A stretch of 44,291 nucleotides of DNA, taken from NCBI GenBank assembly GCA_964484805.1, contig CAZAGU010000004.1:1-44291 (forward strand), read 5' to 3'. Shown in pieces: positions 10,024-20,812 of the stretch (positions within the stretch are counted from its first letter, which is position 1; each line of letters begins with the position of its first letter). A program made the position numbers and the translations under genes. This stretch comes from an uncultured bacterium (lineage in GTDB: Bacteria; Electryoneota; AABM5-125-24; Hatepunaeales; Hatepunaeaceae). The notes below the pieces were generated by a model. It was not told the DNA's origin. It was given only the letters and a program-made list of their open reading frames with translations, and did no database searches.

Positions 10024-11816
10024 AACAACGGAAATTGGTTTGGCATTTACTTCCAACATACATCGCCATCACGGCTGTGTCAGTCATCATTTTAGGATGG
10101 GTTGCCACTAACCTCACCCGAAGTCTGCATATAGATCAGATTGAAAACGATATGCGCAATCAAGCCTATCTTGTTCGGGAGATCGCCAAACCATATTTCA
10201 ATGCTTCACACCAAGTCAGCCTCGATTCCATTGCCAAGGATTTAGGAAACATTTCGCATTGCCGCATCACCTTTATTCATCCTGATGGTACTATCTTAGG
10301 AGACACTAAAGAAAACCCAGCGGCGATGGAAAACCATAGCGACCGGCTCGAATACAAAGCTGCTATTGAAAATCATGAGAAAACCGTCATCCGCTTCAGC
10401 ACAACGCTAAACGCTGAGCTGATGTACCTCGCCATCCCGGTTCAATTTGACAACTCAGAAAATCTGGGAGTCATCCGCCTCGCATTGCCCTTGACGAATA
10501 TCAGCCGAGGCGTTCATGATGTGCGCCGTCAGATTTTCTTAAGCGTTTTAATAGTTACCATATTAGCCGCGATACTAAGCTACATCGTCTCTCGTCAGAT
10601 CACAAAACCACTCACAGAAATCAAAGGTGGAGCCGCGAAATTTGCCGCTGGAGAGCTAAACCATCGCCTTGCCGCCTGCAAAGTGGATGAATTCAACAGC
10701 CTGGCAAACGCCGCCAACAACATGGCGCAGGAATTGGGTGACCGCTTCGACATAATAAATAAACAGCATGGCGAATTGATCGCCGTTCTTTCCAGCATGG
10801 TTGAAGGCGTTATTGCCGTGGACTATAAAGAACGCCTACTCAACATCAATCAGGCAGCTTTGAACCTGCTGAACATCCGCCCGGAAGATTGGCGCGACAG
10901 ATTGTTAAGCGAGATCGTTCGCAACACGGAACTGACCCGCTTTGTCCAATCCATTCTAAATACTAAGGAAAATCAGGAGACCGAGATCGTCCTCGCTCCA
11001 CGTGGCAGAGATATTCAGGTCAAAGGCACTTTGCTACTTGACGAAAAGAACCGCGAGATGGGCGCTCTGCTGATTTTGAATGATGTCACACGGTTAAGAC
11101 ACCTTGAAACTGTAAGGCGCGATTTTGCATCCAACGTATCTCATGAACTGCGCACGCCAATCACCATCATCAAAGGTTATGTTGAAACCATCTGCGACAG
11201 TGATTTTGACGACCAAGAGACCAGCAAGCACTTCCTCGAGAAAGCTCTGGTTCAGATTGACCGCTTAAATGCCATCATCGAAGACCTGCTCTATCTCGCA
11301 CGACTGGAAGAAGACAACGCCCACATCAAATTGAGTTCAAACGCCATCGACCTGACAGAAGTAATAGCTAAGTCAATCCAAATTTGCAAAAATAAAGCGG
11401 ACATCAAGAAAATCAAACTAAAGCTGGATAACGCCGAAAAATTGAACTGTGGCTGCAATCCATTCTTAATGGAACGTGCTTTCATCAATCTGATTGACAA
11501 TGCTATCAACTACAGCCCTGAAGGATCCGAAATTCACGTCGGATGGACAAATGACAGAAACGGCATCACGGCTTATGTAAAAGACAATGGCGTTGGCATT
11601 CAACCTAAACACCTAACCAGATTATTCGAACGATTCTACCGCGCAAATGAAAACCGCGACCGCAAATCGGGCGGAACAGGGCTGGGGCTGGCGATTGTCA
11701 AGCATATCGCGCTGGTGCATGGCGGTGATGTGGCAGTTGATAGCCAGTTCGGTGAAGGATCCGTTTTCACCATCACCATTCCTGACAAGCATTCAACCCG
11801 AGAAACAACAGTGTGA
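10020..11816 (+). CDS. phoR: Sensor histidine kinase PhoR (TM-sensor-TM-HAMP-PAS-HisKA-HATPase)
   Basis: NVSHELRTP H-box; NLIDNA, DNGVGI, FERFYR and GGTGLGLAIVKH boxes. Confidence 0.92.
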   Translation: MKQRKLVWHLLPTYIAITAVSVIILGWVATNLTRSLHIDQIENDMRNQAYLVREIAKPYFNASHQVSLDSIAKDLGNISHCRITFIHPDGTILGDTKENPAAMENHSDRLEYKAAIENHEKTVIRFSTTLNAELMYLAIPVQFDNSENLGVIRLALPLTNISRGVHDVRRQIFLSVLIVTILAAILSYIVSRQITKPLTEIKGGAAKFAAGELNHRLAACKVDEFNSLANAANNMAQELGDRFDIINKQHGELIAVLSSMVEGVIAVDYKERLLNINQAALNLLNIRPEDWRDRLLSEIVRNTELTRFVQSILNTKENQETEIVLAPRGRDIQVKGTLLLDEKNREMGALLILNDVTRLRHLETVRRDFASNVSHELRTPITIIKGYVETICDSDFDDQETSKHFLEKALVQIDRLNAIIEDLLYLARLEEDNAHIKLSSNAIDLTEVIAKSIQICKNKADIKKIKLKLDNAEKLNCGCNPFLMERAFINLIDNAINYSPEGSEIHVGWTNDRNGITAYVKDNGVGIQPKHLTRLFERFYRANENRDRKSGGTGLGLAIVKHIALVHGGDVAVDSQFGEGSVFTITIPDKHSTRETTV

Positions 11817-11871
11817 GTCAATTTGATGAAATGCGAAGAATCTGTTGTTTCTTTTTCATTGCAATGACTTC

Positions 11872-11888
11872 CTAACAAACTCTTAACA
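11872..11888 (+). promoter_or_regulatory. Putative Pho box upstream of porin-pstSCAB
   Basis: CTAACA (11872) and TTAACA (11883) are 11 bp apart and resemble TT(A/T/C)ACA PhoP boxes. Confidence 0.55.
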
Positions 11889-11985
11889 ATTCGATTCTAA
11901 CTTCAACGCCAAAGATATGGGAGATTGACATTTAATTCGTCAATTTCAATGTTGAACAGACAACTATTTCAACAAGGAGAAAGAA

Positions 11986-13095
11986 ATGGCTCGCAAATCA
12001 ATCATTTTATGCCTGCTTGCCTTATTATTATTTCCACTGTCACAAGCTCAGGCGTTGGATAGCGCTAACATCGCAAGTTTTTTCACCGGGTTTAAGGTTC
12101 AGGGCTTGCATTATCTCAGCTACGAAGCTAAAGATGCCGCCGGCATTACCACCAATAAATTTGCGGTGAACCGTAGCTACCTCACCGCCCAAAAAACTAT
12201 CAACGACCTGATTTCGTCCCGCATCACTCTTGATGCTCATCAGGACAGCACCGGTGATGTTAAAGTACGCGTGAAATACGCTTACGCTAAATTCAACCTT
12301 GAAGACTGGGGTGACGTTTTCACAGATACTTCCTTTGAGTTCGGCATCGCTCATACACCTTGGCTCGATTTCGAACAGCACATTAACCTATACAGAATGC
12401 AGGGCAAAATGGCAGTAGAACGCGCCAAATTGTTCAACTCTGCCGATTTTGGTCTGACCTTTAACGCTTTGCTTGGTGGTGAAATCAACGAGGATTACCA
12501 AAAAAGCGTCAGCAAAGCTTACCCCGGCAAATATGGCAGCTTCGCCATGGGTGTCTATAACGGCGGTGGCTACCATGCCGAAGAAGTTAATGAAAATAAA
12601 GTGATTCAAGGTAGATTAACCATCCGGCCTCTTCCCTACTCCCTGCCCGGAATGCAGGCATCTTACTTTGGGCTATTCGGCGATTGCAATCTCCCCGCTG
12701 AAGCCAATGGCACCACTCCTGACTGGCAGGTTCAAACCGGAATGCTTTCCTATGAGGCGGCTCAATTCGTTGTTACAGGGCAATATTTTCAAGCAATGGG
12801 CAACCAGTCTGGAAGCTACACTGGAATCGGTTACTCCACGCGAACCAGTGGCTTCTCCGGCTTCTGCGAACTTCGCCCCGGTGATCACTGGCGAGTCATA
12901 GGTCGCGTGGATCAGTTTGACCCAAACAGCAACAGCAATTTCGAAAATGACACGCAACTCACGTACATCGTCGGCGCAGGTTACGATTTCGGCAAGCAAA
13001 ACACACTGCTACTTGACTACGAACGTCTGACTTTCGAGAACGATGATCTTGATCCAAATAATGCTATAAAGATTACTATGCAGATTAAATACTAA
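11986..13095 (+). CDS. Putative outer-membrane beta-barrel porin (phosphate uptake by context)
   Basis: Signal peptide, alternating aromatic/Gly beta-strand pattern and a C-terminal aromatic residue (TMQIKY). It is the first gene before pstS. Confidence 0.75.
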   Translation: MARKSIILCLLALLLFPLSQAQALDSANIASFFTGFKVQGLHYLSYEAKDAAGITTNKFAVNRSYLTAQKTINDLISSRITLDAHQDSTGDVKVRVKYAYAKFNLEDWGDVFTDTSFEFGIAHTPWLDFEQHINLYRMQGKMAVERAKLFNSADFGLTFNALLGGEINEDYQKSVSKAYPGKYGSFAMGVYNGGGYHAEEVNENKVIQGRLTIRPLPYSLPGMQASYFGLFGDCNLPAEANGTTPDWQVQTGMLSYEAAQFVVTGQYFQAMGNQSGSYTGIGYSTRTSGFSGFCELRPGDHWRVIGRVDQFDPNSNSNFENDTQLTYIVGAGYDFGKQNTLLLDYERLTFENDDLDPNNAIKITMQIKY

Positions 13096-13130
13096 CTAAG
13101 TCTAATCTCCAAGTTACAAGGATAAAGACA

Positions 13131-14219
13131 ATGAAGAAATTCTCATTCCTGTTATTCATACTGGTGCTTGCGCTGGCATTTGTTTCCTGCACAAAGAAAA
13201 ATTCCGACCAAGATCAGAAAACCGATCAGGTCACGGCAAAATCAGCTACTGTTCTGAACGGCGCTGGCGCGACATTCCCCTATCCCGTTTACTCACAATG
13301 GGCTTACAAATACAACAAGATCACCGGCGTTGAGCTGAACTACCAGTCCATCGGATCCGGCGGCGGCATTCGTCAGATTAAAGCTCGCACTGTCGATTTC
13401 GGCGCTTCAGATGCCCCTTTGGAAGCGGCAGAACTCAATGAAGCCGGGATGTTACAATTTCCAATGGTCATTGGCGGCGTGGTGCCGGTCATCAATGTTC
13501 CGGGCATCCTTCCCGGGCAGTTGAAACTTGATCCAGCTACATTAGCAGAAATTTTCATGGGCAAGATAAACAAATGGAATGATGCAAAAATCAAGAAACT
13601 GAATCCTGAGCTGTTCATCCCTGATCAAGCCATCACCGTCGTCCATCGAGCCGATGGATCTGGGACGACCTGGATTTTCACCAACTACCTTGCGGCAGTC
13701 TCCGAAGACTGGAAAACAAGTGTCGGCGCGGGTAAAGCTATCTCCTGGCCTGCTGGTGTCGGTGGCAAAGGCAACGAAGGCGTTGCATCTTATGTGCAGC
13801 GTATTCAGGGTGCAATCGGGTACGTCGAATTTGCCTACGCACTTCAGAACACCATGAACCATGTACTGCTGAAAAATCATGATGGCAGTTACGTTGCCCC
13901 CACAATCGAAACTTTCATGGCAGCGGCTGAGGGTGCCGACTGGCAACATTCAGAGGGATTCTATGTAGTGCTGGTCAATCAACCGGGCTCAAAAAGCTGG
14001 CCTATAACCGGTGCGTCATTTATCCTCGTGTACAAAGAGCAGGTCAACGGTGAGACTGCCAAAGCTATTCTTGACTTCTTCGACTGGTGCTACATTCATG
14101 GGCAGGACATTGCCAAAGGTCTGGACTATGTCCCCATTCCTGAAAAAGTCTATACTCTGGTTCAGCAGGTATGGAAAGACCAGATCAAACATAATGGCAA
14201 TCCTGTTTGGTCTAAGTAA
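13131..14219 (+). CDS. pstS: Phosphate ABC transporter substrate-binding lipoprotein
   Basis: Lipobox FVSC; GAGATFP, YQSIGSGGG and HRADGSGTT motifs. Confidence 0.97.
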   Translation: MKKFSFLLFILVLALAFVSCTKKNSDQDQKTDQVTAKSATVLNGAGATFPYPVYSQWAYKYNKITGVELNYQSIGSGGGIRQIKARTVDFGASDAPLEAAELNEAGMLQFPMVIGGVVPVINVPGILPGQLKLDPATLAEIFMGKINKWNDAKIKKLNPELFIPDQAITVVHRADGSGTTWIFTNYLAAVSEDWKTSVGAGKAISWPAGVGGKGNEGVASYVQRIQGAIGYVEFAYALQNTMNHVLLKNHDGSYVAPTIETFMAAAEGADWQHSEGFYVVLVNQPGSKSWPITGASFILVYKEQVNGETAKAILDFFDWCYIHGQDIAKGLDYVPIPEKVYTLVQQVWKDQIKHNGNPVWSK

Positions 14220-14235
14220 ACCGCTGTGAAGACTT

Positions 14236-15180
14236 GTGCATGATCTGACAAAACATACACACGAATCGAAATGGTCGCGCGAGATTGAAGTTGCCTTCCG
14301 TGCTGTCACCATGGGTGCCGCGGCGGTTGTTCCGATCATCGCCATCGGACTATTCACTGTGCTCCTCATGGATTCTCGTGAGGCATTCTCTGAGTTCGGG
14401 TTGAAATTCCTCATTTCAAAGGAATGGAACCCAGTTACTCAGCAATTTGGCGCGCTCAGTAGCATCTTCGGCACAGCGGTTTCCACTGGCATTGCAATGG
14501 TCATCGCCCTGCCGATGGGTCTGGTCATCGCCCTGTTTCTGGTCGAACTGGCTCCTCCGCGCATTGGCGCCGTCTTTGGCACTGCGATTGAACTATTGGC
14601 GGCAATCCCCAGCATTATTTACGGTATGTGGGGATTGTTCGTTTTTGCGCCGTTCATGGCGAATGTCGTTCAACCCTTTCTCGCTCAGTACTTTGGCTTC
14701 CTGCCGTTTTTCAAGGGTCCTCAAATGGGCATCGGAATGCTGACGGCAGGCATTATTCTGGCGTTAATGATCCTCCCCTACATCAGCTCAGTCGCCCGTG
14801 ATGTCTTTCAGATGGTTCCTGCTGTTGTCAAGGAATCTGCCTACGGCTTAGGTGCGACCAACTGGGAGGTCACCGAGGGTGTAACCCTCCCCTACTCCCT
14901 GCATGGCTTAATTGGCGCAAGCTTTCTGGGATTGGGGCGCGCGCTCGGCGAGACTATGGCAGTTACGTTTGTCATCGGCAACAATCATAAGCTTTCCACC
15001 TCGCTGTTCGCCGCGGGAAACTCTATTGCTTCGACACTCGCCAACGAGTTCACCGAAGCATCCGAACCGCTGTACCTGAGCTCGCTCGTGGCGCTGGGTG
15101 TGGTGCTATTCCTGATTACGGTTCTTTTTCAAACTTTCGCTCAACTCTGGCTGAATAAACTTAAGAAGAATTTCAGATGA
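14236..15180 (+). CDS. pstC: Phosphate ABC transporter permease
   Basis: ELLAAIPSIIYG, ESAYGLGAT and GRALGETMAV motifs. Confidence 0.96.
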   Translation: MHDLTKHTHESKWSREIEVAFRAVTMGAAAVVPIIAIGLFTVLLMDSREAFSEFGLKFLISKEWNPVTQQFGALSSIFGTAVSTGIAMVIALPMGLVIALFLVELAPPRIGAVFGTAIELLAAIPSIIYGMWGLFVFAPFMANVVQPFLAQYFGFLPFFKGPQMGIGMLTAGIILALMILPYISSVARDVFQMVPAVVKESAYGLGATNWEVTEGVTLPYSLHGLIGASFLGLGRALGETMAVTFVIGNNHKLSTSLFAAGNSIASTLANEFTEASEPLYLSSLVALGVVLFLITVLFQTFAQLWLNKLKKNFR

Positions 15181-16031
15181 TAAACTCCAACGATAAATCT
15201 CTGAAAATCAGAAAATTTAAGAACCGGATGGTCAACACTGTCGCAATCTTGAGCGGAATTATCGGTCTTGCGGCTCTGGCTTGGATACTGCTGACCGTTA
15301 TTCAGCATGGCTTGCGCTCTTTCAACTTCAGCTTTTTCACAGAACTGCCCACACCACCCGGAATCGCTGGTGGTGGTATGGCGAATGCGATACTGGGCAC
15401 GGTTCTGATGACATTCATGGCGGCAGTGATCTCGCTGCCGCTTGGATTGTTAGGCGGCATTTACCTATCTGAATTCGGTCGAGGCACCAAATTCGCCGAA
15501 TCCGTTCGCTTTATGACAAATGTTCTCATCGGTGTGCCGTCAATTATTGTAGGTGTGTTCGTTTACGTGTTGATTGTCGTTCCAACGAAACAATTTTCAG
15601 GTTTTGCTGGCGCGACATCACTGGCAATCATCATGTTGCCTATCGTCGTGCGCACCACTGAAGACATACTGCGGCTCGTTCCCGATTCGCTCCGCGAGTC
15701 CGGTCTGGCTCTCGGCGCTCAAAGATGGCGAGTGACAGTGGATCTGATCTTCAGGGAAGCCAAAAATGGCTTGATGACCGGTGTGCTTCTGGCTGTGGCG
15801 CGAGTCAGCGGTGAAACAGCACCATTGCTCTTTACAGCATTAAACAGCCCTTATTGGCTTAAAGGTTTCAACGAACCTGTGGCGAACCTGACGGTGAACA
15901 TCTTCAACTACGCCATGTCGCCCTATCGAGACTGGCAACAACAAGCTTGGGGCGCATCGCTTCTAATTACATTGGGAGTTTTAACATTGACCATCGTGGC
16001 TCGTGTTGTTCTTAAACAGGGTAAAAAATAG
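15177..16031 (+). CDS. pstA: Phosphate ABC transporter permease
   Basis: [17 protein letters not shown] and [13 protein letters not shown] motifs. Confidence 0.96.
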   Translation: MINSNDKSLKIRKFKNRMVNTVAILSGIIGLAALAWILLTVIQHGLRSFNFSFFTELPTPPGIAGGGMANAILGTVLMTFMAAVISLPLGLLGGIYLSEFGRGTKFAESVRFMTNVLIGVPSIIVGVFVYVLIVVPTKQFSGFAGATSLAIIMLPIVVRTTEDILRLVPDSLRESGLALGAQRWRVTVDLIFREAKNGLMTGVLLAVARVSGETAPLLFTALNSPYWLKGFNEPVANLTVNIFNYAMSPYRDWQQQAWGASLLITLGVLTLTIVARVVLKQGKK

Positions 16032-16915
16032 TGGGAAACAACATTCCAGAAAAATCTATTACAACAGCTACACACTCAACCTTCAAAACCGCTCCCACTG
16101 GCGCTGTCAACCTTGAGGTTTCACACGACCACAAGTCTATGACTTACGGCGGTGAAAACCTTCCCGTTGTGCTTGAGGTCAATGGATTGAATTTCTTTTA
16201 TGGTGCTCATCAGGCATTGTATAACAACAACATCAAAATTTACGACCGCCATATCACTGCCATCATTGGGCCATCGGGTTGTGGCAAATCAACGCACATC
16301 CGCACCTATAACCGCATCTTTGAGCTTTACCGAGACCAACGAGCGCAAGGTGAGATTCTCTTTGAAGGGCAAAATATCCTCGATCCGGCGGTTGATTCAA
16401 CGATGCTGAGAAGGCAGATTGGCATGATCTTTCAGAAGCCATCTCCCTTCCCAATGAGTATCTTCGACAATATCGCTTATGGCTTGAAAATAAACACAAC
16501 CATCAGAGGCTCTGAGCTTGCGGGACGAGTCGAAGAAACCCTGAAGCGAGTTGCCCTGTGGGATGAAGTAAAAGACAAACTCCACACATCCGGCACAGCC
16601 CTCTCCGGCGGTCAGCAACAAAGGCTCTGCATTGCACGCGCCATTGCCATCGAGCCTAAGATTCTTCTCATGGATGAACCTTGCTCGGCAATTGACCCCA
16701 TCGCAACGTCAAAAATCGAAGAGTTAATGCTAGAGTTGAAAGCAAATTACACCATCGTCATCGTAACGCATAGTATGCAGCAGGCAGCGCGAGTTTCAGA
16801 CTTCACCGCCTTTTTCTATCGTGGGGTACTAATTGAATTTGGCCCCACCAAGAAAGTGTTCACCAAACCACGCATCAAACAAACTGAAGATTACATTACC
16901 GGCAGATTCGGTTAA
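16031..16915 (+). CDS. pstB: Phosphate ABC transporter ATPase
   Basis: [23 protein letters not shown] and [10 protein letters not shown] motifs; C-terminal YITGRFG. Confidence 0.97.
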   Translation: MGNNIPEKSITTATHSTFKTAPTGAVNLEVSHDHKSMTYGGENLPVVLEVNGLNFFYGAHQALYNNNIKIYDRHITAIIGPSGCGKSTHIRTYNRIFELYRDQRAQGEILFEGQNILDPAVDSTMLRRQIGMIFQKPSPFPMSIFDNIAYGLKINTTIRGSELAGRVEETLKRVALWDEVKDKLHTSGTALSGGQQQRLCIARAIAIEPKILLMDEPCSAIDPIATSKIEELMLELKANYTIVIVTHSMQQAARVSDFTAFFYRGVLIEFGPTKKVFTKPRIKQTEDYITGRFG

Positions 16916-16926
16916 AGGATATTTAC

Positions 16927-17589
16927 ATGAAAATTCATCTTCAAAGAGAAATAGAAGTCGCCAAAAAAATGCTACTCAATTTGAGCGCTGAGGTTGAGGA
17001 ATCGCTTAACAAGACACTCATCGCCATTAAAGAGGCTGATGTCGATCTTGCTCAATCGGTTGTTGACTATGATGATGAGATAGACCGGCTTGAAGTCGAG
17101 ACGGAAGAGGAATGTCTAAAAATCCTAGCCTTGCATCAGCCTGTCGCTGTTGATCTCCGCTTCATCGTGGCAGTTATTAAGATTACCAACAGCCTGGAGC
17201 GCATAGCAGACAACATCGCCAATATCGCCAAGCGGAGCATTCACCTCGCGGCGAGCAATATCATAGTGCCAAATCGGTTTCAAACCACCGCTGAGATTGC
17301 ACAGGGTATGTTGCGCAACAGCCTCGATGCTCTGATCAACCTTGACACTGCTCTCGCACGGTCGATCATCGCGGCGGACGATCAGATAGACAATTTGCAC
17401 AAGAAAAATTATGTGGAGGCTGTTGAAGCAATTCAGAAAAATCCCGCCGATGCGGACAATCAGATAAACTTCCTCTCAATTTCACGCCAGATAGAAAGAA
17501 TCTGTGATCTTGTCACAAACATCGCTGAAGACACTATATACATGGTGGATGGCGAAATTGTCCGCCACAGGGAGTTCTACGAGGAGTAG
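16927..17589 (+). CDS. phoU: Phosphate signalling protein PhoU
   Basis: QPVAVDLR, LERIAD and IERICD..TNIAE repeats. Confidence 0.96.
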   Translation: MKIHLQREIEVAKKMLLNLSAEVEESLNKTLIAIKEADVDLAQSVVDYDDEIDRLEVETEEECLKILALHQPVAVDLRFIVAVIKITNSLERIADNIANIAKRSIHLAASNIIVPNRFQTTAEIAQGMLRNSLDALINLDTALARSIIAADDQIDNLHKKNYVEAVEAIQKNPADADNQINFLSISRQIERICDLVTNIAEDTIYMVDGEIVRHREFYEE

Positions 17590-17590
17590 A

Positions 17591-19150
17591 TCAAGCTTTC
17601 GTTTTAATAATTAAGCAGGTGAAATCATCGGTAAATTCGACTCCCGAAACCCAGCTCTGGATTGATTTTACTATTATGTTTAATATACCACGTGGCGGTT
17701 TATCACGATTTTGAACGATTAACTCTGCCAGCCTTTCCTCTCCGAATTGCTCGCGTTTAAAATTCATTGTCTCTGTGACTCCATCAGAATAGAAACAGAA
17801 AATATCACCCGCTTGGTAGCTCAGGTTGACTTGCTGGTATTTTTCGCCGGAACTGAAACCAAGCGGCATATTTTCGCCTTTGTGATATTGCAATTTACCA
17901 TCTTCTCCAGAAACATGAATAATTTTTGTGTGCCCGCAATCTATAAAATTTAACACTCGATTTGAAAGAAGAAACCTGCAGTATAGCAGCGTCACAAAAC
18001 TCCCAACCTCAATCAGTTTCGCCGATAATTCATCATTCGTCCAGGAAATTATCTGCTCCGGTTCCGGCAATCCACACTTGGTATCTTTCGCCATCAATAC
18101 ACCAATCGCCCTTTGCATTGCGGTCTTGGTTGCCGCGCCAATAAGCGCCGCAGGGATCCCTTTTCCCATTACATCGCCGATGATGACATCAATAACATCG
18201 GAGGAATAGCGGTAAAAATCGAAGAAGTCTCCGTCAATCCTCTGCGAAGCAATCGACATAACACCAATGTCATAGTCCTTCGTAGATTCCGGCGGTTCCC
18301 CTATCAATAATGTCTGCTGTATTTTCACACCGATGTCCACTTCCTGCTCGCGAGCACGCTCTAACTCTTGTTCTGAGTTAAACCTCTCGGTTACATCCCA
18401 GAACATCCAGAGATGCCCTTGAAACTCACCATCAAGGGAAACGGGAACATAATCCATCTCTATCGTCCGACCATCTGCGAAAATAACAATTTCGTTCTTG
18501 ACAATTTTCCTTTGCCTGGCGATTTCATCCAGCTTTAAAATTATACTTTCAATATCGTCCACAAGGTAACAGAATGAATCGAAAATCTCCCCAGATGTGA
18601 TAGTCTGACTTGAGCTCGACAGGTCGCTTTTCCCGATCAGAGACAATAATCGATGATTCACATGCAGTAATTTCCGAAAATCACCTTCAAACAGCACCCC
18701 TGCCTGAACATTTTCAATCAGTGAAGAGAGACGAAGATTGGTGGCAATAATTTCACCATCAACCCGTTTTTGCTCAATCAGATTATTCACTTGCCGTTCA
18801 GCAATTATCAGCCGGATTTTTAATAGTTCAATATCAGCAGTTTTTGGCAGATAATCATCCGCTCCAGCTTTCAACACTTCCTGTAAATCCTCTGGGGCGT
18901 TGCGTTGCGTGAACATTAAAATTATGCTCCGACTACCTTCAGGATGCTTTCGGATCTGACGGCACAATGACAGCCCATCCATGCCAGTAAGTTGCCAATC
19001 AAGGATAATCAGAGGAAAATAATCCTCGAGATATGCTTCCCAGGCTGTTTCTGCAGATTCGTAACAATGAGGTTCATGTCCTATTGATTGAACCAGCTTA
19101 TTCAGTAAAAGTCGTATTGTTGGCGAATCATCAACAATCAACACCTTCAT
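17591..19150 (-). CDS. Receiver-PAS-PP2C (SpoIIE/RsbU-type) serine phosphatase
   Basis: Receiver (IVDD, ILDW, YLPK) and a PAS-like middle, then GDFFD, DVMGKGIPAAL, YSDGVTE and DDFT motifs. Confidence 0.9.
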   Translation of the reverse strand: MKVLIVDDSPTIRLLLNKLVQSIGHEPHCYESAETAWEAYLEDYFPLIILDWQLTGMDGLSLCRQIRKHPEGSRSIILMFTQRNAPEDLQEVLKAGADDYLPKTADIELLKIRLIIAERQVNNLIEQKRVDGEIIATNLRLSSLIENVQAGVLFEGDFRKLLHVNHRLLSLIGKSDLSSSSQTITSGEIFDSFCYLVDDIESIILKLDEIARQRKIVKNEIVIFADGRTIEMDYVPVSLDGEFQGHLWMFWDVTERFNSEQELERAREQEVDIGVKIQQTLLIGEPPESTKDYDIGVMSIASQRIDGDFFDFYRYSSDVIDVIIGDVMGKGIPAALIGAATKTAMQRAIGVLMAKDTKCGLPEPEQIISWTNDELSAKLIEVGSFVTLLYCRFLLSNRVLNFIDCGHTKIIHVSGEDGKLQYHKGENMPLGFSSGEKYQQVNLSYQAGDIFCFYSDGVTETMNFKREQFGEERLAELIVQNRDKPPRGILNIIVKSIQSWVSGVEFTDDFTCLIIKTKA

Positions 19151-19344
19151 TCGTCTTCCCCAATATGTTTATGTGAGGACATTCCGGAAAATGACAGCAT
19201 AGTTTTATCCACTCATTTTGCGGGATAAATAAGCGTCAAATTGATAGAATATAATATAGGATAATCTCCAATACATTATCAATCATTGTCAATAATTTCT
19301 TCTTAGATACGCATTATCATAGATTTATCTATGATTACTCTAAT

Positions 19345-19360
19345 TGGCATTTGATTTGCG
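19345..19360 (+). promoter_or_regulatory. Possible sigma-54 (-24/-12) promoter
   Basis: TGGCATTTGATTTGCG fits GG-N10-GC (consensus TGGCAC-N5-TTGC). Confidence 0.35.
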
Positions 19361-19633
19361 TTTCTTAAATCAGTTTCTGTCACAATCAAAATTCACGCCT
19401 GAAATTATTCGACAATAATTTGCATTAATTTTGGTGATGATCAAAGAAAATCTCCGCCAACAAATCACTATCTCATTCCTTAACTTGCCTGAATATTTTT
19501 CTTCATTAAGAAGATTTATTCATTGTATTTCCCAGAATTTCACCAGCATAAGTTCACAAGATTACCACCATTGAAAAAGAGTTCGCAGTGGCATTTTGCC
19601 ATTTGTTACATCAACCATTTTGGGATTTCATAC

Positions 19634-20776
19634 ATGGATAACCTACACCTTTTGATCGTTGGAAATAACTCTGACGTTTTTGATTTTTACCCGCAGAATG
19701 AACTGCAGAAATGTCAGATAAAATCAATGACCTGTGAAGAGTTCTCGACTCTTTCAGAAGAAAAACTTGAGGTCTTTCAAATTATTTTTCTGGGCGATTG
19801 CTCAGCAACACATAATAAAATGAACCTGTTACAGTCGGTAAACAAAACGACCTTCACGGGCATACTGATTTTGCTTATAGATAGCAGTGAAATAGAGATT
19901 GGCGTTGAAGCTATCCGCAACGGCGCCGATGCTATAATTTTCAAGCATCAGCTTAATTCCGATCTACTTAAATCTCTGCTCAATTCTTCAGAAGGTAAAG
20001 AAGAAAACAATTTTACTTCAACAGCAGCGAGGAATCTGGAAGAAGATCGGGCATTAATCACCGCTAAAATGAACATGGCGACCGCTTATGCAGATAATCT
20101 ATCCTCGAACTTAATTAACCTACTCACGGTTGTGACCATGAATGCAGATATTACCCTGATGAAAATTGAAGCCGATCATTCTGTTCGCAAAGAACTTAGC
20201 GCAATTTTAACAATATCCGACAAAATCATGGCAATCAACAATCAGCTTATGTCCATTGGAACGACTCAGCGTTTCTTTTGGCAAATGATTGAGTTAAACT
20301 CGCTTCTTTCCGATACTGAATGTGAAATCAAAAAACTCTGTGGCAACACCGCCAAACTAGAATTCGATCTCGCGGATGATCTTGAACTCATCGCAGCAAA
20401 TGACTTGAAAATGCAGGCTCTGGTTTTCAATCTGGTAAAGAATGCGTTTGAATCTTTCGAGCAGGAAGGCAAAATCACCATCAGAAGTCGCAATGTCGCC
20501 TTGGAAAACAACACCGAGATGATTACTGATTCGAGCGTGTCAGGTCAATTTGTGATGCTGGAAATTGAAGACAATGGGTGCGGCATCTGCGGTGTAAATT
20601 TCATTCGAATTTTCGATCCATTTTACACCACGAAATTCAATGCCCACAATGCTGGCTTGGGGTTATCGGAAGTCTGGGGCATTGTGAAGCAAGCTGAAGG
20701 ACATCTGGCAATTGATTCCGCGCCCGGACTCGGCACGAGAGTGCGTATATATTTCCCCGCCATGAAACTGAAATAG
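19634..20776 (+). CDS. Degenerate-receiver + HATPase protein (histidine pseudokinase)
   Basis: N, G1, F and G2 boxes are intact (NLVKNA, DNGCGI, FDPFYTTK, GLGLS), but the H-box region reads LSSNLINLLT with no His. Start placed at ATG 19634; the ORF track extends to 19523. Confidence 0.8.
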   Translation: MDNLHLLIVGNNSDVFDFYPQNELQKCQIKSMTCEEFSTLSEEKLEVFQIIFLGDCSATHNKMNLLQSVNKTTFTGILILLIDSSEIEIGVEAIRNGADAIIFKHQLNSDLLKSLLNSSEGKEENNFTSTAARNLEEDRALITAKMNMATAYADNLSSNLINLLTVVTMNADITLMKIEADHSVRKELSAILTISDKIMAINNQLMSIGTTQRFFWQMIELNSLLSDTECEIKKLCGNTAKLEFDLADDLELIAANDLKMQALVFNLVKNAFESFEQEGKITIRSRNVALENNTEMITDSSVSGQFVMLEIEDNGCGICGVNFIRIFDPFYTTKFNAHNAGLGLSEVWGIVKQAEGHLAIDSAPGLGTRVRIYFPAMKLK

Positions 20777-20812
20777 AACATCTATATTTATCGGCTATCA
20801 AAAGATCAGAAA

